A stretch of DNA of 59,792 bases, from contig JABCTZ010000039.1 of the NCBI GenBank assembly GCA_018238155.1, positions 1 through 59,792 on the forward strand, read 5' to 3'. Source of the stretch: Candidatus Heimdallarchaeota archaeon (GTDB taxonomy: Archaea; Asgardarchaeota; Heimdallarchaeia; JABLTI01). The translations under genes and the position numbers were made by a program. Shown here piece after piece: positions 9,202 to 17,656 of the stretch (its first letter is position 1; every line of letters starts with the position of its first letter). The notes under the pieces were generated by a model. The model worked only from the letters and a program-made list of their open reading frames with translations, was not told where the DNA came from and made no database searches.

Positions 9202-10008
9202 CTAAAGGCCGAAAATTTTCCATTGATTTATGTGGATTCTTTGGCAAATTTCACGATATAAACATCTAGTAGTGGCAAAATCACAATCTTTTTTCTTCTT
9301 GATCAAGTTAGGATTCATCATTTTAGTGCGAATTTCCTCGAGATGAACACTAAATGAAGCTAAAATATCAGCTGTTACTTTCGCTGTATAATATTCTCTG
9401 CTTCTATAGTAATAAGCACCTATCTCTGACACTTTTGTTATGTCTGGCAGCTCTTGGATAGGGAACTGATTGGTTAGAAGAAAAGAGTAAAACAACAGTT
9501 CTTCTTCATCAAATTCACTTGGTAGAGATTTATACTCAACAACTCGGCAATGACCTTGCTTATCCACTTGATCTATTCGATCGATTTTACCACAAAGAGA
9601 ATCAGTTCGCAAATATAATTCAACAGCTAGCGGTTCCCAAAAATCAGGCTCCTGTTGATAACGTCTAATTTCAAAAGCCAGAAAAGCCTTTTTCCAAGGA
9701 ACATTTCTATCCTCAACGTTCATTTGTGGGTTGAAGTTATTTTGAATGTCGGTACCATAATTTTCGTAAAATAATTGTAACCACAAATGTTTCTCGATGC
9801 CTTCTTGTAAAAACCCTTCATAATCAGTGTAATTTATAGTCCCTTTACTTTGACCTTGTGATTTATGTAATTCTTTGATTAGATAAAACTGGAATGGGCA
9901 TTCTAAATAAGCTATGAATTCAGTTTTATTAAGGATGAAATCTTTCTCAAGCAATTTTCTCAAAAAGTAATGCAGAATTTTCTTTATAAATGACAAAAAG
10001 ATAGCCAT
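9202..10008 (-). CDS. cas4: Cas4-like PD-(D/E)XK nuclease with four conserved Cys
   Basis: YLECPFQFYL...LCGKIDRID...VVEYKS...ELLFYS...CDFATTRCLYREIC (1+3 Cys Fe-S staple pattern). Confidence 0.75.
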   Translation of the reverse strand: MAIFLSFIKKILHYFLRKLLEKDFILNKTEFIAYLECPFQFYLIKELHKSQGQSKGTINYTDYEGFLQEGIEKHLWLQLFYENYGTDIQNNFNPQMNVEDRNVPWKKAFLAFEIRRYQQEPDFWEPLAVELYLRTDSLCGKIDRIDQVDKQGHCRVVEYKSLPSEFDEEELLFYSFLLTNQFPIQELPDITKVSEIGAYYYRSREYYTAKVTADILASFSVHLEEIRTKMMNPNLIKKKKDCDFATTRCLYREICQRIHINQWKIFGL

Positions 10009-10061
10009 TTAGCTCTTTAAGAAGGATTTTTGTCGATGGTATAAATAGTAGCAATAAAAAG

Positions 10062-10730
10062 GTGTTAGAAGATTTGGCTGAGAGCTATAAAAAATCGACA
10101 AATGTCGAAGCAGATGTTATAAGATATTTAGTATGGAGAGAAATAATAGGAGAAGAAGGATGGTTCGAGAAAGGATTGAAAGAACTAGCCTGTTGTGTTG
10201 GGCGACACGAAAAGTCAATTGGAGAAGCTGTAAAGTTATTAGAAGCAAAAGGAATGATTCAAAAAGAAAAAAATGACAATAAGCTTTGGATTAAGCACAC
10301 ATTAACCAATGATGAGTTGTATACTAGAATGGCGTTTATTGACCCAATGTTTTGCAATACAGAGTCAATGCACGAATTCCGGAGTGACCTTCTAAATGAG
10401 ATTAAAAGATTAGAAGAGGAAATCATAACTACAAAAGAAGCTAATGCTAGAAATCAAGGGAGAGAGACAATAATCGACGCAGTCCTTGGGGAGGTAACAG
10501 AATCAAATATAGATAAACTTGTGACAAACTTTGAAGAGTTAACTTATGAAAACAGCAACAAATCACATGATGAATGTATAATGGATGCATTGGAGACATT
10601 TAGAGATGATGTATTTAGTAAACATGAGGAAACTTTCGAAGAAGAAAAATCTGATGAATGGATACAAGAAACATACGAATTATATTGGTCGAGAAGGAAG
10701 GAAGAGGGGAACAAAGAAAAGGTTCAATGA
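10062..10730 (+). CDS. Winged-HTH plus coiled-coil protein
   Basis: LKELACCVGRHEKSIGEAVKLLEAKGMIQK wHTH pattern; first gene of the cas1 operon. Confidence 0.7.
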   Translation: MLEDLAESYKKSTNVEADVIRYLVWREIIGEEGWFEKGLKELACCVGRHEKSIGEAVKLLEAKGMIQKEKNDNKLWIKHTLTNDELYTRMAFIDPMFCNTESMHEFRSDLLNEIKRLEEEIITTKEANARNQGRETIIDAVLGEVTESNIDKLVTNFEELTYENSNKSHDECIMDALETFRDDVFSKHEETFEEEKSDEWIQETYELYWSRRKEEGNKEKVQ

Positions 10731-10739
10731 TGTGATAGT

Positions 10740-12623
10740 TTGGCAAAAGATATCCAAAATGATATAGGCAAAATTCTGCAGGCAAGATCAAAAAACTATC
10801 CAGTAACGATTGATGAGCTAGTGATAGAGCTAGGATATTCGAATGGTGTAATTCATAGACACATCAAGATATTGGAAGCAAATGGTTTAGCTGAAGCAAA
10901 ACGAGTTGCAAGACCAAAGGGGGGAGTGACCTATTATAAAACACCAGAAGCAGAGTGGCCAAAACATCTTGGCAAGAAGTGTTTTGATTGCCAGAACAGA
11001 GGGAAGACATTACGCTGTATATACTATGAAGAACTAGCAGAGGAGGGAATAGTAAAAGAAGAGTATAGATCGGGTGTTATTTTAACAAGAAATACTTACG
11101 CTTGTGATGATTTCATAGAGAGAGAGATTCGCTGGAAAAAGAAAAAATATGAGGTTTTTTTAGCTGAAAATAGAAGAATAACAATATCAAAAGAAGGGCT
11201 TAAGATAACCTACCATTGTGCAAATAAGGAATGTCAAGCGGAACTCCCAACCTTGGGAAATGGATTAATAGCTAAACTGGGAAGTTCAGTAATAAGATGT
11301 GATGCCTGTAACTCTTTTTATAAAACGCTTTATGACCAAAAAAAGGAACAGTTCTTTGTTCATTATAACATCGAGAAAGGACTGGAATACAAGAAGAATT
11401 TTGCAAAAGCAACGGGTGGGGAAGAGCCAGAATTACTCTATTCAAGCGACCAATATGGAATCGTTATCCATGACCTACGGGATAGCAATTTTAATTTTAG
11501 AACAAAAACGTTGACAAACAACAATTGGGTGGGAAAATTAGGAGAGATAGGTTATCTGGTTGCTAAAAGAAAAGAGGATTATGAACCGCTAGTAGAAATA
11601 TTAGATGGAAAGGGATACAGGGACATACAAGTCATCCTAGGAGCAGATAAACTAGTCAGTCCGCCACCAATAAAACAACAGGTAGGACTTTTGAGATTGC
11701 TACGAGAGATAAAAATCATCAACAAAGAATTTTGCACTTCTATGCTGTTTAGTAGAATAACTGTGATTGAAAAAATTCACCAACAGTTTAACAAAGAAAA
11801 AGAAGTAGTGGTAAGAAAAGCAGTAAAAGCAATTGAACAGGCAATCGTGGAGGTGGAAAGGAAAGGATGGATAACACCAAAAGAATGGAATGCTTTTGAG
11901 ATGAGAGCGGGGAATGCAATGTGGAGCGTAGTAAAAGTGTATTTGAAAACTTTAGGAATTGACTTTCCAGGAAGAATGAGATGCAGATTAGTAGAAGATA
12001 TTTCAAAACCACATAGATGCTTCTACGCCTATAGTCCAATTGATGCTTTGATAAATGGAGTGTATGGAATAGCAGGGGAGTTTGTGAAAGAATATTGTTA
12101 TGAGATAGGTTTTTGCTGGGATGGATTGCCAGGATTATGTCATAAAAAAACGAGAGGAGGAGAGTTCGCATTCCATCTAGATATGCGAGAGCAAGAAAAG
12201 ATACTAACGTTACCATACCTACTAGAAGCACTACAAATAGGGACAATACAAATGGAAGAAATGCAATACTTAAGAGGAAGAAATAGACAGAAAATCTACT
12301 TTGTAAAACAAAAAACAGAATTAGAAGAGCAGATCATTGAAGTGGTCGAAGAGATGAAAGGAGGAGAGATAAACGGGGGAAAAGCAAAGAACGTGATAAG
12401 TAACTATTACTTGCAAGGGAAACAATGGTTGAATAACTTCCAAAGAGGGAGTAACCAGTTAGGAGTAGAACATCATGGAGTAGATTACCAACCATGGGCA
12501 ATCATGAAAGAGAAAGTATGGGAACAACTGGGAAGAGAAGAAAAAGAGAGATTGATAAACGGCTTGAAAAGAGAACATAGAAAAATAGGGTTCAGACCAT
12601 TAAAAGTGATGGAGATAAATTGA
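10740..12623 (+). CDS. cas1: Solo Cas1 homologue (casposase/aCas1-like) fused to N-terminal wHTH and Cys-rich Zn-binding regions
   Basis: C-terminal Cas1 motifs in the expected order: FEMRAGNAMW (E), FPGR, SPIDALINGVY (cf. DPvNAlLNYgY), GLCH (H), FHLDMREQEK (D/E). N-terminal wHTH TIDELVIELGYSNGVIHRHIKILEANG; CFDC, CANKEC and CDAC Cys pairs. Confidence 0.8.
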   Translation: MAKDIQNDIGKILQARSKNYPVTIDELVIELGYSNGVIHRHIKILEANGLAEAKRVARPKGGVTYYKTPEAEWPKHLGKKCFDCQNRGKTLRCIYYEELAEEGIVKEEYRSGVILTRNTYACDDFIEREIRWKKKKYEVFLAENRRITISKEGLKITYHCANKECQAELPTLGNGLIAKLGSSVIRCDACNSFYKTLYDQKKEQFFVHYNIEKGLEYKKNFAKATGGEEPELLYSSDQYGIVIHDLRDSNFNFRTKTLTNNNWVGKLGEIGYLVAKRKEDYEPLVEILDGKGYRDIQVILGADKLVSPPPIKQQVGLLRLLREIKIINKEFCTSMLFSRITVIEKIHQQFNKEKEVVVRKAVKAIEQAIVEVERKGWITPKEWNAFEMRAGNAMWSVVKVYLKTLGIDFPGRMRCRLVEDISKPHRCFYAYSPIDALINGVYGIAGEFVKEYCYEIGFCWDGLPGLCHKKTRGGEFAFHLDMREQEKILTLPYLLEALQIGTIQMEEMQYLRGRNRQKIYFVKQKTELEEQIIEVVEEMKGGEINGGKAKNVISNYYLQGKQWLNNFQRGSNQLGVEHHGVDYQPWAIMKEKVWEQLGREEKERLINGLKREHRKIGFRPLKVMEIN

Positions 12624-12640
12624 AGGGAGAGTAAAAAAAA

Positions 12641-13213
12641 GTGACAGTAGAAAAAGAACTGCAAAAACTAGCAAAACTAACAGAAGAAAGTACAAAAGAA
12701 ACAATAGCAGAGCAAATAAAAAAAATAGGGGAAAAAGGGGGAGAAGTAGTCTATCAAATAATTATAACATTAACAAAAGAAAGGATGGAAAGAGGATACT
12801 CAAAGAGATACTCATTAGCAGAATTAGAAGAGAGGTTACCATGGAAGAAAAGCAGACTAATAGAGAAACTGCAAAGAACAGTGAAAGAAGAAGTACTAAA
12901 ACACGAGAAAAGAAAATATCAACTAAACAAAGAAAATGAATTAGTGAAAAGGATATGGAATTACTACAACGAACCAAACTATCAAGAAAAAGAAAAAACA
13001 GAAGAAATTAGAACCTTGATACAAAAAAAGAGAGAATTGGTTAAAGAACTGGAGAAAGAAGAGAAAAAGAAAAGGAGAAAATATCGAGAAGCAACAAAGA
13101 AAGAAGAAGAGGAATTTAGAAAGGAAATAATTGCAGAATATGAAGAAGGGGGAGAAGCAAGAAACCTTGTAACGAAAAAAACACTAGAAGCAATAGGATA
13201 CAAAGAACAATAA
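12641..13213 (+). CDS. Winged-HTH protein with charged coiled-coil tail
   Basis: YSLAELEERLPWKKSRLIEKLQRTVKEEVL; last gene of the cas1 operon, next to the tRNA. Confidence 0.6.
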   Translation: MTVEKELQKLAKLTEESTKETIAEQIKKIGEKGGEVVYQIIITLTKERMERGYSKRYSLAELEERLPWKKSRLIEKLQRTVKEEVLKHEKRKYQLNKENELVKRIWNYYNEPNYQEKEKTEEIRTLIQKKRELVKELEKEEKKKRRKYREATKKEEEEFRKEIIAEYEEGGEARNLVTKKTLEAIGYKEQ

Positions 13214-13274
13214 AAAAATAATTGATTATTGGTGGAAAAGAAGGATTTTAAGAGACGGAAAAGAGAAAATAAAT

Positions 13275-13382
13275 TGGTGGACCGGATGGAATTTGAATCC
13301 ACGGCCTCCTCCATTTTTGTCGGTAGAAACACATTTCTACCCATTGCCAAGGAGGCGATCTTCCAGACTGATCTACCGGCCC
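13275..13382 (-). tRNA. tRNA-Ala: tRNA-Ala(GGC) with 31-nt intron at position 37/38 (13314-13344) and encoded CCA
   Basis: Reverse complement folds as GGGCCGG TA GATC-AGTCTGGAA-GATC G CCTCC-TT GGC A[intron]T-GGAGG AGGCC GTGGA-TTCAAAT-TCCAT CCGGTCC A CCA; intron hairpin GGTAGAAA/TTTCTACC. Confidence 0.96.
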
Positions 13383-13445
13383 AAAATATTCTTCTTGTCT
13401 TTTCTTTCGTTGTTTTTTCTTTTATGAATCTTTCGTTTTGTGTGG

Positions 13446-13652
13446 TTACTTCGTTTCTTTTATCCTTACTTCCAGACAATCCGTTATTGTTACTCTATTG
13501 CGGCATATTGGGCATTTTTCTTTTTCTTTCAACCACTTTTCTGTCAAGTTTTTTTTCGAAATCCCATTATTTCAGTCAAGTGATATTTTTTTCTCTTTTT
13601 CCATCTATTTTTGTCTTTGTTGTCAATCATTTTTCTTCTTTCACTTCTTCCA
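13446..13652 (-). pseudogene. Decayed 3' fragment of the RING-finger membrane protein family
   Basis: DNA aligns with 18887-19095 and encodes KWLKEKEKCPICRNRVTITDCLEVRIKETK*, with disruptions upstream. Confidence 0.8.
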
Positions 13653-13705
13653 GTATGAAAAAATTAAAATTCTTTATTGTATGAGTATAAAGCAAGTAGT
13701 TAAGG

Positions 13706-14029
13706 ATGACAGAGATGATACCAGAACCAGTTGTAATTGCTGGCTTGAAAAAAGCGCTTGATGATCTTAAAGTAGATTACTCTTCTATTTTCTTATTCTG
13801 CAGTAGAGCAGGAACTGATTTTACTGTAGAAAGTGATTGGGATTTTCTGATAATTCTCAAGAAAAAGTTACCTCTTAAAGACCAACATTCTCTTCGGTAT
13901 CAAATTTTCCACCGCTTTCATATCTCCTTTCCATTAGTTTCGATTGATTTAATTTTAAAAGATAAACGAACTTTTGCTATTGAGAAAAAGATTGTTAATA
14001 CCATTTCTAATGAAGCATCTCTTGAGTGA
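13706..14029 (+). CDS. Minimal nucleotidyltransferase (MNT antitoxin), possibly degenerate
   Basis: IFLFCSRAGTDFTVESDWDFLII (GS...DxD motif with G>C). Confidence 0.8.
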   Translation: MTEMIPEPVVIAGLKKALDDLKVDYSSIFLFCSRAGTDFTVESDWDFLIILKKKLPLKDQHSLRYQIFHRFHISFPLVSIDLILKDKRTFAIEKKIVNTISNEASLE

Positions 14030-14037
14030 ATTGAAGT

Positions 14038-14443
14038 TTGAAAGATGATATTGTTACTAGATGGCTAAGAAAGTCTGACAATGATCTTGAAGCAGTAAAA
14101 CAGTTATTAACATTTGAAGATGCTCTTATCGATGTTATTTCCTTTCATTGTCAACAAGCAATTGAGAAATATCTAAAGAGTATCTAATTTTAGTTGATAT
14201 TCGAACCAAAAAAAGCACATGATCTGGAAATCCTTTTGAATGTGTATATAGGTGATAATAAAGATTTTGAAGAATTAGACTACGAGAAGATTGCATGGCT
14301 TAAATCTTTATGCGGTTATAGTAAGATATTCTAAAGAACCCCTTGATTTTTCTATTGAAGAATTAAATGAATTAGTTCTTCTTGTCCTAAAAACAAATGA
14401 AGTTATTATAAACAGAATTGAAAAAAAAAGATTAGGAAGAGTA
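14038..14443 (+). pseudogene. Frameshifted HEPN toxin of an MNT-HEPN pair
   Basis: LKDDIVTRWLRKSDNDLEAVK...SFHCQQAIEKYLKSI* continues in another frame as KAHDLEILLN. Confidence 0.8.
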
Positions 14444-14469
14444 GCTATGTTTTAATAAAAACAATGACT

Positions 14470-14670
14470 TCATTGACTCAATAATAACCATATAAGAACA
14501 CCTATACCCCCTACAATAAGCACAGCAAATATTCCATACATCATTTTTGTCGATGTAGCTCGAGCTTTTAAGCCCTTCTCAGTCATTTCACGCATGCAAT
14601 CATTGCAAATTCCTGAAGGAGACACAAAATCATCAGCTAGCTCTCTTTTACATTGTAAACATTCAGTCAT
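14470..14670 (-). CDS. Small Zn-finger protein with C-terminal TM helix
   Basis: CLQC...CNDC plus hydrophobic tail. Confidence 0.6.
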   Translation of the reverse strand: MTECLQCKRELADDFVSPSGICNDCMREMTEKGLKARATSTKMMYGIFAVLIVGGIGVLIWLLLSQ

Positions 14671-14992
14671 CTTATCACATTCTTCTAGTTGTAGTAAGAA
14701 AATCTATTATATAAATCTTAGTAAATTTTTCACGCTCCTTATGATAATGGAAAGCGTCAAACAAATTTACTATGATACCTGTTCCCTCATTTGATTTAAT
14801 GATAATTCAATGTTAATACACTTACCAGATGAGAACTGTTTGTAATATCAATTATGATAATCATATTGATTGAGTTATTGAGAAAGAAACAATTGCTTGA
14901 TAATATTATTTTTTTATTTTTATGGTGGGAAAATTATTCTAAAGCCTATCAAGTTACTTTCTTTGGCATTTTACATTTAATACCGCTTCTCT

Positions 14993-17518
14993 ATGATTAA
15001 AAAAAAAGAGGTTAGATATTCTGAGTGGATAAAATTCATAAGGAGTGAATATAGCAAAATATCTGGGGATAAAGAAATGAAAAAAAACAAATCAAAGAAA
15101 AGATCTAATCAGAAACGAAAAGAGATAGCAGTTGCTTCCTTCACACTATTCATTATTTGTATTCTTCTTGGGTCACTGAGTCTCATCTATTTTCTAAATA
15201 TACCGGCGGGATCGGATATTAATGGCGTTTATGGCAGTGTTTATGATGGTCCCTATGAGTCATGGGGTATTGGTGGTGGCGGAGCAATGTCTTCTTTTTC
15301 CATGAGTCCTTATGATACTAATCTCTGGTTTGTTGGCACAGATATGGGCACATTGTTTCGAAGTATTGATGCAGGAGGTCACTGGTCACCTATCAGCCAA
15401 ACCGAGGTAGTCTTTAGCGCGGACTTACCCAGGGCGTGTTATGTTGGTTTCAGTCCAAGAGCAAATATCGTTTTTTTTGCTAGGAGTCATGCTTGGTCTA
15501 CTACAGAGTACAGGAGCACTGATTACGGTGTTACTTGGGATGAGATTAGCCTCCCTCTAAATGATACTGAGTATATTCGTTATTGGTTTGCGGACTCTAC
15601 TCAGGAAGAACTTATGTTTGCTGCCTCCTCTGAAGGTTTGTTTAAAAGTGTTGATTTTGGTGAAACATGGGCTCGAATTGGGGCAGTAACGGGTTATAGC
15701 ACAGGTAGTTTTATTGATTATACTACAAACCGAGTGTTTCACTCCACGAGAGATGAGATATTAGTTTCGAATGACGGTGGTGAAACCTTTTCAACGCATT
15801 ACTCTGCAACAACGAATATTCAAGCATTCACGGGTGGTCGTGATAGCTCCGGTTTAACATTAGCCTTTTTAGATAATTGGCCATATGCGGAACTTGCTAG
15901 TGTTGATCGAAGATTACCTGAAGATTTACCTCAAGTATACATTGATTCCGGAAGAGTGGATTGTATAGGATATGTTTGGCAGAGTCATGATGATAGTGCT
16001 TTTGAAATGACTACTCGTGTTGGTGGTGATCATTTGTGTATGGCTGAAAATGATGCTCAAACGATTTATGTCACAGGATTACGGTTTTGGGCTTTGACAG
16101 ATTCTGGCTCTGTTACCGGTACAGGTGTTTGGCTCTCGAGAGATGCTGCTGCTACTTGGGACTTGAGCTTTATGATGCTTGAAGAATGGGATCTTTGGGA
16201 TTCTCTCGAGAAAAGCGCTGTTGGACTCGACATTGGCTATTGGGATGGCGGTTATGAAAGCTTCTCAGTTAATAAACGCAATTCTGCAATTGCAGGTGGT
16301 TCTGAGTACTTTTTCCTACACGTTTCTAAGAATTATGGTCAAGATTGGCTTTCACCATTTACTGAGTATGCTGATGATGGTCCCCGAGAGAAAGGCAAAC
16401 GTTGGAAATCAAATGGTTTAGAAGTAACTTCAACAACAAGGATTGAAGTTCATCCTACAGATGAAAATATCATCTATGCCGGTTTTAATGACATTCATGG
16501 TATGGTTAGTGAAGATGGTGGTGATACCTGGAGACTTTTAACAGGATTCCTTTGCAATGTTATCTATGATTTTGCTTTTGACCCCGATGATACTAATGTT
16601 GTTTATGCTGCTTCAGGTTATATGCACGATTGGCCTATTTGGTGGCATGCATTGCATCTTGTCAGTTCTGGAGAGGAGGTTCCGGGAGGAATATTTAAGT
16701 CAACAGATCGTGGCAGAACTTGGGCAAGATTGACACCTGATACGGGTGAAATGTATTTTCAATATTTATCTGTAGCTTACAATCACATTACAAATACATT
16801 ATATGCCGGAACACAAGGAAAAGGAATTGTTCGCTCCCTTGATGATGGTGCTTCCTGGGAGTGGTACAATACAGGCATCTATTCTTCTGAGGAAATGATC
16901 ATTGGTCAGATCGAAATCGATTTTGAAAACAATAATGTCTATGCACTCTTATCCGGTGATTATCCTGAATTTGAAAATCAAAATTACACGGGACTATACA
17001 TGTTAGATGTTTATGGCGGAGCAACCTCTTGGAAGATTCTTCGAGGAACGGTACATGTACCATCAGAACAGTCTTGCGCAAATATGTGGTATTATCCCTC
17101 TTGTTTTGCGGTTGATTTTTCCTCAAACTTGTTATCAAATAACCAAAGAGCAACGATCTGGCTTGGCGATTATGAAAATGCAGGAGGAATGGGTCAATGG
17201 CTTTCCACAGGAATCTGGAAAACAACGAATGGTGGTGATACCTGGACTCGCCTTTACCAGTATTCCTTTCCAACGTGTATAAAGATTGATCCTTCAAATT
17301 CTAATAGAGTCTATTTTGCTGGTGGTTATTCAGTTTCAGGTGGTTGGGGCTATGGCGGTCCACTATATACAAATGATGGTGGACCTACTTTGTTGATGAA
17401 TGAGGGGTTGCCTTTTGAGGGTGTTTCACACTCAATTGCTTTTTTCCTGACAAAACCCGATTATATGATCTATGGCTTTCATGGTGGTGGTATGAGATAT
17501 GGTCCTAAACCGACCTAA
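14993..17518 (+). CDS. Membrane-anchored BNR/Asp-box beta-propeller (GH74/sortilin-like); start likely ~15077
   Basis: Many SxDxGxTW Asp-boxes; GIGGGGAM and VGTDMG motifs; N-terminal TM. Confidence 0.85.
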   Translation: MIKKKEVRYSEWIKFIRSEYSKISGDKEMKKNKSKKRSNQKRKEIAVASFTLFIICILLGSLSLIYFLNIPAGSDINGVYGSVYDGPYESWGIGGGGAMSSFSMSPYDTNLWFVGTDMGTLFRSIDAGGHWSPISQTEVVFSADLPRACYVGFSPRANIVFFARSHAWSTTEYRSTDYGVTWDEISLPLNDTEYIRYWFADSTQEELMFAASSEGLFKSVDFGETWARIGAVTGYSTGSFIDYTTNRVFHSTRDEILVSNDGGETFSTHYSATTNIQAFTGGRDSSGLTLAFLDNWPYAELASVDRRLPEDLPQVYIDSGRVDCIGYVWQSHDDSAFEMTTRVGGDHLCMAENDAQTIYVTGLRFWALTDSGSVTGTGVWLSRDAAATWDLSFMMLEEWDLWDSLEKSAVGLDIGYWDGGYESFSVNKRNSAIAGGSEYFFLHVSKNYGQDWLSPFTEYADDGPREKGKRWKSNGLEVTSTTRIEVHPTDENIIYAGFNDIHGMVSEDGGDTWRLLTGFLCNVIYDFAFDPDDTNVVYAASGYMHDWPIWWHALHLVSSGEEVPGGIFKSTDRGRTWARLTPDTGEMYFQYLSVAYNHITNTLYAGTQGKGIVRSLDDGASWEWYNTGIYSSEEMIIGQIEIDFENNNVYALLSGDYPEFENQNYTGLYMLDVYGGATSWKILRGTVHVPSEQSCANMWYYPSCFAVDFSSNLLSNNQRATIWLGDYENAGGMGQWLSTGIWKTTNGGDTWTRLYQYSFPTCIKIDPSNSNRVYFAGGYSVSGGWGYGGPLYTNDGGPTLLMNEGLPFEGVSHSIAFFLTKPDYMIYGFHGGGMRYGPKPT

Positions 17519-17656
17519 CTCATACAAAACATCTGGAAATGATTCTTTTTTTTTCTTTGGAAACCATCAAATATTTTACCGTATGATTTTATTAGCTTTA
17601 TATAAGTAGATGTGTTAAACATCTTATCCAATAGCTTTATTGTGTGAAGTGATTTT

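Larger units (their letters stand above)
3051..13274. mobile_element. ~10.2 kb solo-Cas1 (casposon-like) element integrated at the tRNA-Ala 3' end
   Basis: Flanked by 31-bp direct repeats (3020-3050 and 13275-13305). Encodes Cas1-like, Cas4-like and HTH proteins. No Tyr/Ser recombinase or DDE transposase recognised. Confidence 0.85.

Noticed and set aside
9008-9247. Two short overlapping ORFs (65 and 77 aa)
   Set aside because: They derive from A/T-tract repeat-rich intergenic DNA and have no motifs
3051-13274. Canonical casposon or tyrosine-integrase provirus
   Set aside because: No polB, TIRs, capsid, packaging ATPase or R-H-R-Y recombinase motifs were recognised
12982-13761. ORFs 12982-13479, 13229-13684 and 13438-13761
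   Set aside because: They overlap the tRNA-Ala gene and/or the antisense RING remnant and give low-complexity F/S/L translations
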